A model generated the notes under the pieces. It did not search any database. It saw only the letters and a list, made by a program, of their open reading frames with translations, and was not told the origin of the DNA. A DNA stretch of 64,000 nt from a virus. Location: positions 11,426 to 75,425 of IMG/VR virus record IMGVR_UViG_3300047494_000263; one strand, written 5' to 3'. Positions 38,422 through 47,995 of the stretch are shown here, piece after piece. Every line of letters begins with the position of its first letter. Positions within the stretch are counted from its first letter, which is position 1. The translations under genes were made by a program, and so were the position numbers.

Positions 38422-38619
38422 ATGCCACTCTTTGAATGCGAAGTAAAAATCCGGGTCGAAGCTGACGATAGTGACTCAGCTCGTAGCGAGGTCCTAGACG
38501 AAATTCTCGGCGGCTTAGTCGAGACCGGCATCATCAGAGGCGGCTCCCTGTTGCCTGGCTGTAAAGAGCTTGATGACGATTTTGAAGACGACGACGATGA
38601 TTCCGAGGATATCGGGTGA
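38422..38619 (+). CDS. small acidic protein
   Basis: AAGGA RBS; 65 aa, Asp/Glu-rich; overlaps next gene. Confidence 0.6.
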   Translation: MPLFECEVKIRVEADDSDSARSEVLDEILGGLVETGIIRGGSLLPGCKELDDDFEDDDDDSEDIG

Positions 38620-39608
38620 GCGCCTCCCCACTAGCTGGCCTATATCTGACGAACATCTCCTGCCTCCCTGCTGACCAGAAGAATGCGTATGTGGGGGACG
38701 GCGTGACGATGCGTGTCGGCATCCCGCACAAGAGTGGCAAGCTGGCAGCACACGCATTCAATGAGGGCTACCCAGCAATGGTGAGCGCCAATGCGTTCTG
38801 GAACGCGCGTGCAGGCGAGTTTCGATTTCCACAATACACAGACTTGATGGATATCGACTGGGCGCTCGACAGTGCCGGTTACACCGCAATCAAGATGTGG
38901 CAGGAGAAGGGCACCCAGGTCGGCATGGCCGGCGTCTTCCCGTGGACCTATCAGCAATACATCGAGTTGGCATCAGAGGCGCGGGCATCATGGTATTCAG
39001 CGCCGGACCTATGCTGCGAGCCCGAAATCGCGTCGAATCAGACCGCGATCGATTACCGGCTTGATGCCACCGCAACCCTTTTGTACGGCTGCCTCGAGGT
39101 GATCTACGACTGGCAGTCGCAGCTGGCCATAGAGTGCTCGCCATCGATCGTTGCTGACGTCATCCGTCCGCCGGTCCCCGTCATTCAGGGTTATAGCATC
39201 TCAGACTACCTGCGTAGTCTCGATCAGACCATGGAGGTCTGGAACTGCTGGGCTGATTGGCTTGCGCCTCCCGCATTGATCGGGCTGGGGTCGGTGTGCC
39301 GCCGGGATCTTAATCATCCGAAGCACGGCTTGTACGCCATCCTGGAGGGTCTGGACGGCAATATCCCGGCCGGCACAAAGGTTCATCTGTTTGGCGTGAA
39401 GGGCGAGTGCCTAAGCCGCATCAAGATGTACGACTGGGTGGTCGGAGCAGATTCGATGGCCTTCGATTACGGTGCACGCATGAAGGCGGTCAAGGCTGGT
39501 CATTCGAACACCATGGAGCACCGCTCGATCGAGATGACGCATTGGATGGAAAAAGCGAAGGCACGCCTCGCCCCGAGTGCCGGTGATCAATTCAGATTGA
39601 AGCTCTAG
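38616..39608 (+). CDS. DpdA/TGT-like deazaguanine transglycosylase family protein
   Basis: TGT-barrel motifs ALDSAGY, PDLCCEP, PVIQG, IGLGSVCRR, VHLFGVK, ADSMA. Confidence 0.75.
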   Translation: MSASPLAGLYLTNISCLPADQKNAYVGDGVTMRVGIPHKSGKLAAHAFNEGYPAMVSANAFWNARAGEFRFPQYTDLMDIDWALDSAGYTAIKMWQEKGTQVGMAGVFPWTYQQYIELASEARASWYSAPDLCCEPEIASNQTAIDYRLDATATLLYGCLEVIYDWQSQLAIECSPSIVADVIRPPVPVIQGYSISDYLRSLDQTMEVWNCWADWLAPPALIGLGSVCRRDLNHPKHGLYAILEGLDGNIPAGTKVHLFGVKGECLSRIKMYDWVVGADSMAFDYGARMKAVKAGHSNTMEHRSIEMTHWMEKAKARLAPSAGDQFRLKL

Positions 39609-39626
39609 CTTCTCAAAGGACGTGCC

Positions 39627-39950
39627 ATGATTATAGTGAAGGACACACACCAGGTTGAACCAAGGGTTCCAGGTACGAAGGGTTTCGCCTGGCTCAAGAT
39701 CATCGCGGGCTGGCCGGGGACAAAGTTCAATTTCCAGGAAACCAGGCTCGAGGTCGAGCCGTGGCATTCCGGCGTCAGCGTGGACGTCACGATCACGAGC
39801 CACTACCCTGAAACGAATGCCAGATCCGCACACGGGAGTCTGAGCATGGAGCCCGAGCAAGCTCGCATCCTGGCGCGCCAGCTTATCGACCTTGCAGATC
39901 GCTTCGACGCAAAACCAGGTTCTACTACCGCTGCTGTTGCAAGCGTCTGA
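39627..39950 (+). CDS. hypothetical protein
   Basis: AAGGA RBS; 107 aa. Confidence 0.55.
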   Translation: MIIVKDTHQVEPRVPGTKGFAWLKIIAGWPGTKFNFQETRLEVEPWHSGVSVDVTITSHYPETNARSAHGSLSMEPEQARILARQLIDLADRFDAKPGSTTAAVASV

Positions 39951-41559
39951 GAGAGCGGTTCAACTCGGAGACTTGATCAGAGACGGCCCGCAGTAGCAGA
40001 ACTGTCTTGTGGCGCGTCAGCCCGGCATCGTCCGTCGCCTTGGGCACTCGCAGCAAGCCTTGCATCATCTCAAAAGCGGATACGGCGCCGGGCGCTGAGT
40101 TCGACGTTTTTACGCCAGAATTCCAAATAAGACTCAGAAACCTCCACCACGCGCTCAAGGCATCGTCGACCGCGCGTTTGTGGGATGCGTAGCCTCCCCT
40201 GGCGAGCACAACCTGTACGGTGCTATCGATGCACAAAAGGGTTTGGCCCGTTGCTTTCACGGCATCTGCCAGGGTTGCCTCTGGATCCATGCAGCCAGAC
40301 GAGAGCACTCCAATTAGTTTCGCCTTAAGTGCGTCGAGGTTGAGTGCCGTAACTTCTGGAGGCGGACTTGATTCGGAAAATCTGTCCGCATCTGGCTTGG
40401 TCGTCGTCTCAGGCTCCGCTGGCTTCTTGGGAGCGTCCTCCTTTTTTTGCGCCGTCTCCTTGCGCGCAACAGGCTCCGGCTTCTCGACGGGCTTTTCCGG
40501 TGGTTTTGGCCGGGGACGCTTTTCGATGATGGCCCTTACCAGCTCGAGATCGTCTGCGGCAAGATTCGGGAACTTGTCGGGCGCCTTCACACTAACCGAC
40601 AAGTGGAGATCGCCGCGTCGACCTTTTAGGTCTTTTGGTAACCCCAAGCCGCTAAAGCAAATATCCCCACCTTGGGCTGTTCGCGGCTGTACGACGACCT
40701 CCAGGGTTTGTCGAAGATGTTTGTGGTGCAGGACGCAACCGAACCACGCCTGAAAGTAGTCAATTTCGATCGCAGACCAGATGTCGAATCCACTCTCAAA
40801 CATTGGCTCGTTGACGACAATGTGGACCTTGACCTTCAAATCACCCGTTTTCCCGCCGCGTAGTCCGTCTGCGCCGCCGCCTGGAACTGTGATCTCGATG
40901 CCATCGGGCGTTAATTTCGGAATACGAAAATCGACCACTCTTTGGCGCTCTGTGCGGCCTGAGTCCTTGCATGTACGGCATCCGGAGTAGGTTCGTTGAC
41001 CGTCGCCTAGACAGCTGGAGCATGTGAATTCCTTACGGCCGTAGCGACCGCCGTAACGAAAGCCACGCCCGCTGCACGATGTGCAGGTCTTGGTGTAAGT
41101 CCCCTCGCAAGAGCCGGAACACGTTCTACAAGTTTGCTCGACTTTGACTTTGACGGTCTTCTCTGCGCCGAAGATGCAGTCCTCCAGCGAGATGTCGAGG
41201 TCTATCCGCGCATGTGCGCCATTGACTGGCGGATTGTAGTACTGCCTTGACGTATCATCGCCCCGCCAATGCCCATCGAAGCCCGGATTGAAGCCCGGTG
41301 AATAGTGAGTCGAGGAATCGTCCGAGGAGTCTTCGTCCTCATCGTCATCGTCATCCTGGTCGGGCGAATACGAGCCGTCTCGCAATTTTTCGTATGCCAT
41401 TTGATTGGCAACGAACTTCATGTGACTCCCGCGAGGATCGTTCGGATGCTTGTCGGGATGCCACTGCTGCGCGCGACGCCGGTAGGCGGCTTTGATCTCG
41501 TCGGCGGTCGATCCTGGTTGAATACCGAGGACTTCGTATGGATCGCTAGCGCTGGACAT
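39925..41559 (-). CDS. DnaJ-like co-chaperone with C-terminal extension
   Basis: J domain DPYEVLG..EIKAAYR..WHPD; four CxxCxGxG-like repeats; DnaJ C-terminal GDL motifs. Confidence 0.85.
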   Translation of the reverse strand: MSSASDPYEVLGIQPGSTADEIKAAYRRRAQQWHPDKHPNDPRGSHMKFVANQMAYEKLRDGSYSPDQDDDDDEDEDSSDDSSTHYSPGFNPGFDGHWRGDDTSRQYYNPPVNGAHARIDLDISLEDCIFGAEKTVKVKVEQTCRTCSGSCEGTYTKTCTSCSGRGFRYGGRYGRKEFTCSSCLGDGQRTYSGCRTCKDSGRTERQRVVDFRIPKLTPDGIEITVPGGGADGLRGGKTGDLKVKVHIVVNEPMFESGFDIWSAIEIDYFQAWFGCVLHHKHLRQTLEVVVQPRTAQGGDICFSGLGLPKDLKGRRGDLHLSVSVKAPDKFPNLAADDLELVRAIIEKRPRPKPPEKPVEKPEPVARKETAQKKEDAPKKPAEPETTTKPDADRFSESSPPPEVTALNLDALKAKLIGVLSSGCMDPEATLADAVKATGQTLLCIDSTVQVVLARGGYASHKRAVDDALSAWWRFLSLIWNSGVKTSNSAPGAVSAFEMMQGLLRVPKATDDAGLTRHKTVLLLRAVSDQVSELNRSLRRLQQQR

Positions 41560-41663
41560 CTAGAAACCATACAGGAAAAAACGAAAATTGATAAGAAATA
41601 CGCGATGGTTTTTAAGCGATTAAATCGCCCTGTCGGGTTAGTCACACTTTTACTTAAAATCTC

Positions 41664-41804
41664 CGACCGACTTTACGACAGATGATTCGATCATTCGGTC
41701 CAAGGTTCGACTCCAATCCCTGGGGCAAGTCCTTGTTTTTCTTGATCAGCGGCATCGCGCCTGGCAATGTGAGGGGCGCTGGTTCGAATCCTCGACCGAC
41801 TTTA
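41664..41804 (+). repeat. 12-bp direct repeat CGACCGACTTTA flanking two tRNA T-loop-like motifs
   Basis: Repeat at 41664-41675 and 41793-41804; GGTTCGACTCC near 41704 and GGTTCGAATCC at 41781. Confidence 0.4.
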
Positions 41805-42012
41805 TTCACAAGCTTTCACACGAAGAGCCCGCGGACGAGTAGGCGCTGGCGACATCTCCATTTGTCTGGTGGCGCCCCAGACTTCACCCCGGCGATGTCG
41901 GCTGGCGCATTGGATTACTCAGTAACTGCTGATCAAAAATACTTCGCGACCAGCGCGAAAATAAGCGCGATCTCACAATAATACGGATGCAACCAACTCA
42001 AAGGAGACCATC

Positions 42013-42504
42013 ATGGGAAGACCCTCAAAACGATTATCCGCATCTGAACTAGCATCACTTTCCGAAGATCAGCGCCTCGTCGCGCGCGCCGTCGACCACG
42101 CTGTCGCTGAGGGCGAAAGTGTCAAATCGATTGCCCTCACCGCGGGCCTGAATGGAAACGTGCTCTCAATGTTCCGGGGCGACACCAAGGTGCCGCTCGA
42201 GCGCGTCCCCGGGCTGGTGGCAGCACTGAAGACGCTCGACGAGCCCGAGCTGACACTGGCCTCGCTTGGAAGCCACTTCCGGGATCAGCCCAATGCTCAG
42301 GAAGCTATTGTGCGGACCATTATGTGGTTCGCACAGCAACCACCGGCGCAAACTCAGATTCTAGAAGTGGTTAATCGGGTGCTGGCTGAGGCGGCAGCGA
42401 GCGGGTTGACCATCCCTGAGCCAATTCCCGTCGCAACGCTCATGGCGATCGAGGTGGCTCTGCGTGCGGCGATTCAAGAGGAGACAGCCGCCCGCATGGT
42501 GTAG
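42013..42504 (+). CDS. putative HTH (XRE-like) regulator
   Basis: AAGGAG RBS; KSIALTAGL..NVLSMFRGDTKVPLERVP pattern. Confidence 0.55.
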   Translation: MGRPSKRLSASELASLSEDQRLVARAVDHAVAEGESVKSIALTAGLNGNVLSMFRGDTKVPLERVPGLVAALKTLDEPELTLASLGSHFRDQPNAQEAIVRTIMWFAQQPPAQTQILEVVNRVLAEAAASGLTIPEPIPVATLMAIEVALRAAIQEETAARMV

Positions 42505-42606
42505 AAACGCGCCCTGTAGTTCAGAACCGCAGCCGCTTCTTGCTGGTGGGTGGGAGCGGTTATCCCCAAAAAACGGTATGCCACGACCTGTACACACAGA
42601 TCGTTT

Positions 42607-42620
42607 ATAAGATATCTTAT
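42607..42620. promoter_or_regulatory. perfect 14-bp palindrome ATAAGATATCTTAT, putative operator
   Basis: Perfect inverted repeat in AT-rich intergenic DNA; related copies at 9210, 28271, 46742, 53159, 55691. Confidence 0.45.
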
Positions 42621-42678
42621 GACCGTTGACATACTTTAGCATTTTCACGAACAACAATAGTGCGCCACTGAGATCCAT

Positions 42679-43413
42679 ATGCCCGAGAACCTCCTCAATT
42701 TGATCGACGGTACGCGTCTGGTGGACACCGCGACCTATTTGTCAAAAGCGTCCCGAAACGGACTCGATCCATTGGTGGTCGAGCAGTTGCTGCGTCGTTT
42801 TGCGACGATTTCTGGAAACTTCGCCTACTTGGCTAGCTGCTTGGCAGCGACCGCTGAGCGGTTTGACCGAAAAAGCCATAGTTCCATCTCACGCAAGCAA
42901 CTTGCGGTCGAGACGTGTACGTTGGCCGCAAGCTTGCTTGATGGCGTCTACAGTATCAGCGCCGCTCGAAACCCTGTCGTTGTTTTGGAATCGTGTCATA
43001 CGGCCGTAAGCGAGATTCTGGCGGTCAATGGTGCGATGCCGGCCGCGCTAGAGGTTTCTTCGCCGCTCGACTTTGTTATGAGTTCGTGGACGCGTGGGCA
43101 GAGTGAGCTTTTGCAAGAACTGTCCATCGTTCAGCAGGGATTAGTGTACGTCGCTGACGCTCATGTTCGTGTGGGTGCTTACGACCGCACGGCGAGGGCC
43201 AGCCAGACGCAGCGATCGCGACAACTTAGCATTCTGAACAACTCGATCGAAGCTCTGACGCAAACCGGCAAGGTCTATCGCCGAGCAATGGCGAATGATC
43301 GCGCCGCCGCCTCGAAGCGCTGCACCGACGCTGCCCGCCTCATCGAAGGGCTTTTGTCACTTCGGCAGAAAACGCCGTCGCGTTCGAGCGAGCGTCACGG
43401 GGTGCCCGCATGA
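42679..43413 (+). CDS. hypothetical helical protein
   Basis: 244 aa ORF, coupled to next gene. Confidence 0.6.
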   Translation: MPENLLNLIDGTRLVDTATYLSKASRNGLDPLVVEQLLRRFATISGNFAYLASCLAATAERFDRKSHSSISRKQLAVETCTLAASLLDGVYSISAARNPVVVLESCHTAVSEILAVNGAMPAALEVSSPLDFVMSSWTRGQSELLQELSIVQQGLVYVADAHVRVGAYDRTARASQTQRSRQLSILNNSIEALTQTGKVYRRAMANDRAAASKRCTDAARLIEGLLSLRQKTPSRSSERHGVPA

Positions 43414-43883
43414 GCGCACTCCCTAACGCTGCTCTCGCCGAACCGAAGCCGGCCAAAGCCAAGTGGAAATTTCGTTTCGCCAGTGGTCTTGTATCCGAGG
43501 GTAGTGGTGATATCCCAGACCGCATTGCTCGCTTAATCGGGAGCCTGCTGATCTTTGGTGCGGCGTCTGGTGTCGAAATCCTCGAGACTGATCGCAAGCT
43601 CGTCTGCGTGTCGCACCCGGGAGGCGGTCTGTTGTCCGTGGAATGGCAAGACGCGAGTGGTGAGGTCTTGGAGACCGTCTGGTCTTGCGATCAGCCGTAC
43701 ATCGATCCGGCCGCAACCACGCCAGGCTTGAGTGACGATGACATGCGGGATTTGTGGCGGCGCGCTGGCGGCGAATTTCACGGTCCTCATATCGAAACCG
43801 GGACACTCGAGGAGGAAAAGCTTCTGCCTCTGCTCAGGAAAATGCTCCGAGGCGAAGTGGTCGTCGGCGACCCGCAGGGGTGA
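43410..43883 (+). CDS. hypothetical protein
   Basis: ATGA overlap; C-terminal W..AGG.FHGPHIETGT motif. Confidence 0.6.
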   Translation: MSALPNAALAEPKPAKAKWKFRFASGLVSEGSGDIPDRIARLIGSLLIFGAASGVEILETDRKLVCVSHPGGGLLSVEWQDASGEVLETVWSCDQPYIDPAATTPGLSDDDMRDLWRRAGGEFHGPHIETGTLEEEKLLPLLRKMLRGEVVVGDPQG

Positions 43884-43930
43884 ATAACTGAACTGAGGTC
43901 CGAGTGAGGGACTCTCGATGGAGAACTTGA

Positions 43931-44233
43931 ATGCCAGCGGAAAGTAAGAAGTGCGTTGTGAAAGATGGGAAGTTCGTCGTCCCTTGCGCGTACCTGAAGC
44001 GCGCCACGGAGTATGGCAATCCTTCGCCTAAGCGCAAGGGCATCTACGCGGTAAAGCTCAGTATCGAGGGCACCCCGACGCGCACCTTCTTCGCCGTCAA
44101 GAGTGGTGAAAACGTTGCCAAGGGGGCGGTGCTTCATTTTTGCCCTTTCTGCGGTGAGAGGATTGAAGCGCCTGCCCTACGCGAATCTACGGACCGAATC
44201 GCAAGCGCGCCTGCGCCCGTCCTAGCGGCTTGA
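43931..44233 (+). CDS. small Zn-binding hypothetical protein
   Basis: GGAG RBS; C..PC..HFCPFCGERI. Confidence 0.65.
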   Translation: MPAESKKCVVKDGKFVVPCAYLKRATEYGNPSPKRKGIYAVKLSIEGTPTRTFFAVKSGENVAKGAVLHFCPFCGERIEAPALRESTDRIASAPAPVLAA

Positions 44234-44243
44234 GCGCAGCCAC

Positions 44244-44891
44244 ATGCGTGACATACCCATGATCTTCAGTGGCCCGATGGTTCGGGCATTGCTGGAAGGG
44301 CGGAAGTCGCAGACGCGGCGCCTGGTCAAGCTTCCGAAGCGACTGACGCAGGGAGACCTGAATACCGCGCGACCGGACAAAATGTGGGGTATCACGCCAG
44401 GTCTTCATGTCCCGATGCCATCAGAAGATATCTCGCGCCGCCTCCGCAACCCATACGGCTTTCCTGAGCCCTGCCGCATCTGGGTCAAGGAGACCACCTT
44501 GGATGTCGAGTCGTCAGGCTGGGTCGGCCCAGTCTATGTCGAGTCCCAGCAGGGTGCGGCAGCTGTTCAATGGGGTTATGGCGAGAGCGATGATCCCGAT
44601 TTCATCGAGCCGTTTCGGCTAAAGAAGCGTTCGTCCATGTTCATGCCTCGCAAGTACGCCAGGCTTACTTTGAACGTGGTCAATGTCTCGGCTGAGCGCT
44701 TGCAGTCGATTTCGCCGGCCGACGTGAGAGCGGAGGGACTCGTGGTCGATGGCGACTTGGCCAACACACAGTTGGTCGACGAATACGCGAGGGTATGGGA
44801 AGGTCTGCACGGTGCGGGATCCTGGGCTGCTAATCCCTTTGTCTGGCGAATCGAATTCTCAGTACATGCCCTGACGGGTGACCTGCAATGA
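44244..44891 (+). CDS. phage-type ASCH/PUA-like protein, copy 1
   Basis: PMIFSGPMVRALLEGRKSQTRR..WVKET..FMPR..RLTL..ERLQ.IS..AEG..W.ANP.VW.IEF. Confidence 0.8.
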   Translation: MRDIPMIFSGPMVRALLEGRKSQTRRLVKLPKRLTQGDLNTARPDKMWGITPGLHVPMPSEDISRRLRNPYGFPEPCRIWVKETTLDVESSGWVGPVYVESQQGAAAVQWGYGESDDPDFIEPFRLKKRSSMFMPRKYARLTLNVVNVSAERLQSISPADVRAEGLVVDGDLANTQLVDEYARVWEGLHGAGSWAANPFVWRIEFSVHALTGDLQ

Positions 44892-45577
44892 AGACCAAGC
44901 AGAGCACCAGCAGCCCGATCTGCCTCTCACCCGGGGAGATTCGTCAGATCCTCAATGGTCTAAAGACTCAAATCAGGTTGCCCCTTGATCCGCAGCCAGT
45001 CACCTTTGACCAGGGTGGTCATGAGTATTGCAGCGTTGCCATTCATGGCGCGACCCATTCAGGTTCCGCTGGATATTTGCTCAATCATGTAAAGTCGAAG
45101 TTCGACAATCCATATTTCGCCGAAGAGCGCGACACCGAGCTTTGGATACAGGAGCCGTGGATCGCGCTGCAACGTCGGACACTTCAGAATCCTTCGGTGG
45201 ATATCTCGGCCGCAGACGGCGCGGTGGCGAATGACGTCCTGCTTGGATACGAGGCGACATCGATGGTCAATGCCCCTACCTTGATGGATGGTACATATTG
45301 GGACGGCGAGTGGAATCGGCCTTCGTCGATGCCTCGCTGGGCGAGCCGCCTCACGCTGTTCATGACCGACGCACGCATCGAGCGCCTGCAAAACATCCAG
45401 GATGACGAAGCCATCCGCGAGGGTGCGCCATACTTCGGTCAGGGTGGAATTGCCGCTCGAGCCAGCTTTGCGTTGCGTTGGAATGAGTCTTGTGCCAGCG
45501 CGGTGCAATGGTCGGCCAATCCATTTGTTTGGGTTTTGTCCTTTGTGCCACTGTTGAGGGGGCGTCCAATTGGCTAA
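44888..45577 (+). CDS. phage-type ASCH/PUA-like protein, copy 2
   Basis: ILNGLKTQIR..LWIQEPW..MPRWASRLTL..ERLQNI..A.REG..W.ANPFVWV. Confidence 0.8.
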   Translation: MKTKQSTSSPICLSPGEIRQILNGLKTQIRLPLDPQPVTFDQGGHEYCSVAIHGATHSGSAGYLLNHVKSKFDNPYFAEERDTELWIQEPWIALQRRTLQNPSVDISAADGAVANDVLLGYEATSMVNAPTLMDGTYWDGEWNRPSSMPRWASRLTLFMTDARIERLQNIQDDEAIREGAPYFGQGGIAARASFALRWNESCASAVQWSANPFVWVLSFVPLLRGRPIG

Positions 45578-45752
45578 TACGGATCACGGCAACGCTGCTG
45601 TGTGCCCCGCTTGTGGCTACAAGAACAACGACTCCTGGGAGATCGGCGGCGGCGAGGAGGGCTCTCACGAACATGATTGCCACTCGTGTGGCGAAACGTT
45701 CCTGGTCTACCGGCACGTGAGCATCTCATACAGCTCGCGGCCGCTGAAGTAG
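45570..45752 (+). CDS. small zinc-ribbon protein
   Basis: CPACG..DSWE..CHSCGETF. Confidence 0.65.
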   Translation: MANTDHGNAAVCPACGYKNNDSWEIGGGEEGSHEHDCHSCGETFLVYRHVSISYSSRPLK

Positions 45753-45761
45753 TTCGGCGCA

Positions 45762-46340
45762 ATGCAGGTTAATCCCCAGTCCGGACTATTCGGAGAAGCG
45801 GATATGGGCGCGCGCTTTTCCGAGTGCCGCAAGTACCGCTATCAACTGTGGCGCATTTGGGAGCCGTCACTCCCCCTCGCTGTGTTCGTAATGATGAACC
45901 CATCGACTGCAGACGAGATTACCAACGATCCAACGATCACGCGTCAGGTACGTCGAGTCACAAAATGGAAGTCGATTTCCGGTGGCGTACTGGTCGACGG
46001 AGAGGATATCTCGCAGCGGTTGGGTGGCGTTATGATCGTGAACGTCTTTGCTTGGCGCGAGACGGACTCGAAGCTATTGAAGGGGTTGGTGGCAAAGGGT
46101 GTGGATATCGTCGGGCCGGAGAACGATCAAGCCATTCTTGAAGCTGTGTCAAAAGCGGCGATCGTCGTTTGTGGCTGGGGGATCCCTGGTGGCTTGGGCG
46201 ATCGAGGAAACCGCGTTCTCAAATTGATCGCAAAAGCAGGCGTTCGACCGCATGCACTAAAATTTAATGATGACGGATCACCGGGCCACCCGCTCTATCT
46301 CGGGTATGACGTCATGCCAGTGCCGATTGTCTTGACGTAG
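45762..46340 (+). CDS. DUF1643 domain protein
   Basis: FSECRKYRY.L.R.W, MMNPSTAD..DPT, NVFA.R.TD, GPEND, CGWG, PGHPLYL. Confidence 0.9.
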   Translation: MQVNPQSGLFGEADMGARFSECRKYRYQLWRIWEPSLPLAVFVMMNPSTADEITNDPTITRQVRRVTKWKSISGGVLVDGEDISQRLGGVMIVNVFAWRETDSKLLKGLVAKGVDIVGPENDQAILEAVSKAAIVVCGWGIPGGLGDRGNRVLKLIAKAGVRPHALKFNDDGSPGHPLYLGYDVMPVPIVLT

Positions 46341-46370
46341 ACAATCGCAAGGTCTTGAGCCTCCCTACCG

Positions 46371-46592
46371 CTAGTTTTGGTGTGTGCTTGGCGCCGTAGC
46401 CCCAGGCTTCGTGACGACCTCTGGCTTGCAGCGACCGACGAGCGGGTACCAGTGATAACCAGTCACTCGCATCCACGACGTCTGCCGCTCTCGAGTCTGA
46501 ATCGCTCCGCAGGTCTGGCATTGGCGCTTCGGCCCGCCACGCATGAAGCGCTCGGGCGTGTTCTCATCTATGATTTTCCAGTCATGTTTCAC
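46371..46592 (-). CDS. small hypothetical Zn-ribbon protein
   Basis: GAGGA RBS before GTG 46592; H.W..CQTCG..GRC. Confidence 0.55.
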   Translation of the reverse strand: MKHDWKIIDENTPERFMRGGPKRQCQTCGAIQTRERQTSWMRVTGYHWYPLVGRCKPEVVTKPGATAPSTHQN

Positions 46593-46617
46593 AAGATCCT
46601 CGGCGGTGCTTGAGCCA

Positions 46618-46653
46618 AAAAAAGCATAGGCGCTCTCGCGCACTTCGTCACCC
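46618..46653 (-). promoter_or_regulatory. recurrent promoter motif copy
   Basis: GGGTGA-N18-CTATGCTTTTTT on the minus strand. Confidence 0.5.
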
Positions 46654-46779
46654 TCACTGGCCCGGCGAGAGATTTTGCCCTACAACCGTGGTAATCCTTT
46701 GCAGAAATCCCAACAAAGTGAGAAAGTATCGAAATGCTTAGAAGATATTCTATAAACGTCCGCAGTTAGAGGCTCGAGA

Positions 46780-47046
46780 ATGGCAATTGCGCAAAACCAC
46801 GCCGTCAGCGGCGAAACCGAATGTGACGGCAACATGTTCGAAGAAGTCACCCCATTCGACCCAAGTCCGCTCATGATTCGCGCTGGTGCCATCTCCTTGG
46901 CCGTCAGTAAGGATGGATACCTTCGTCTGTCCGAATTCGGACGAAATGCGTTCGACGAGAAGGCCCGTAAGGTTTTCCTTGCCATGATGAAGGCCGATCC
47001 AGGTTTCGTTGAGCGACTCGCCCAGTCCGTAGCCTCGGCCGGGTGA
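46780..47046 (+). CDS. hypothetical protein
   Basis: 88 aa, coupled to next gene. Confidence 0.55.
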   Translation: MAIAQNHAVSGETECDGNMFEEVTPFDPSPLMIRAGAISLAVSKDGYLRLSEFGRNAFDEKARKVFLAMMKADPGFVERLAQSVASAG

Positions 47047-47777
47047 GTAAATCCCTTCCGGTCGCCGATGTTGTAGTCCGCGAGCGGCCGCTGATCCTGA
47101 GTGCTGAGATGGTCCGTGGCGTCATCGCCGGCCGTAAATCGCAGCTGCGACGGCTCGTCGGGCCTGAGACGCCATTTCGCGTCGAGACTGGTGCGAATGC
47201 AAAGTGGCATTGGACCTCCCCGTCACTCCCGAACGGCGCATGCCGCGTGGGATGGGGGGAACTCGTAGAGTTGATGAAGACCCGCTGCCCGCTTGGCGCC
47301 GTTGGCGACCATCTATGGATCCAGGAGCAGTTCGCAGAGGTGGGCAATGGCGCCAAGCGCCAGACGCTCTACCGGGCAACCCATGTCAAGAGTCATGTCG
47401 CAGGTCGTGGTGCGCGAGACTCCAGCCCCATCAAATGGTCGCTCGCCCGTCAAATGCTCAAGCCGATGAGTCGTCTCTCGCTCGAGATTCGAGGCGTATG
47501 CGCCACTCGACTACATGGGATATCTGAGGGCGATGCGATCGCCGAAGGCATTTTCAAATCCAAGGACGGCTGGGTTTGGGATGCACAGAATCCGGAGTCA
47601 CAGGGCTCGGCAACTCTAATCGAGACATTTAAAACCTCCCAAGAGGCATTCGAAGCAATGTGGCGCCGCTTTTACGGTCAGGCGGCCTGGGATACGAACC
47701 CTATCGTATGGAAGATAGATTTTGCGCCAATCGTCCGATCGGTCGGAGCGCTGTGCTCAACTGTGATCACTTCGTGA
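47043..47777 (+). CDS. phage-type ASCH/PUA-like protein, copy 3
   Basis: ERPLILSAEMVRGVIAGRKSQLRR..CPLGAVGDHLWIQE..SRLSLEI..IS..DAIAEG..WDTNP.VW.IDF. Confidence 0.8.
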   Translation: MSKSLPVADVVVRERPLILSAEMVRGVIAGRKSQLRRLVGPETPFRVETGANAKWHWTSPSLPNGACRVGWGELVELMKTRCPLGAVGDHLWIQEQFAEVGNGAKRQTLYRATHVKSHVAGRGARDSSPIKWSLARQMLKPMSRLSLEIRGVCATRLHGISEGDAIAEGIFKSKDGWVWDAQNPESQGSATLIETFKTSQEAFEAMWRRFYGQAAWDTNPIVWKIDFAPIVRSVGALCSTVITS

Positions 47778-47995
47778 ACGGCAATCTCGGCACTTTACCC
47801 GCAGTAAACCGACGTCGCCTCGGGCAGATCCTTTTTGAAGTCGCTAGCGGCTCATCCGTGCCGATGACCGCCGAAGAGAATGCCCAGATCAATAGAGAGT
47901 TTTCCGAAAGCATCGGATCGGCGGTGGACAAGGTACGCGCTCGGCAACGGCGCGACTACGCCGAAATCATGCGCGCCAACATCGTGTTCGACTAA
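47774..47995 (+). CDS. small hypothetical protein
   Basis: GTGA overlap with upstream gene. Confidence 0.45.
   Translation: MNGNLGTLPAVNRRRLGQILFEVASGSSVPMTAEENAQINREFSESIGSAVDKVRARQRRDYAEIMRANIVFD

Noticed and set aside
41680-41810. Functional tRNA genes
   Set aside because: No D-arm, paired acceptor stem or CCA could be built; kept only as a degenerate-motif finding
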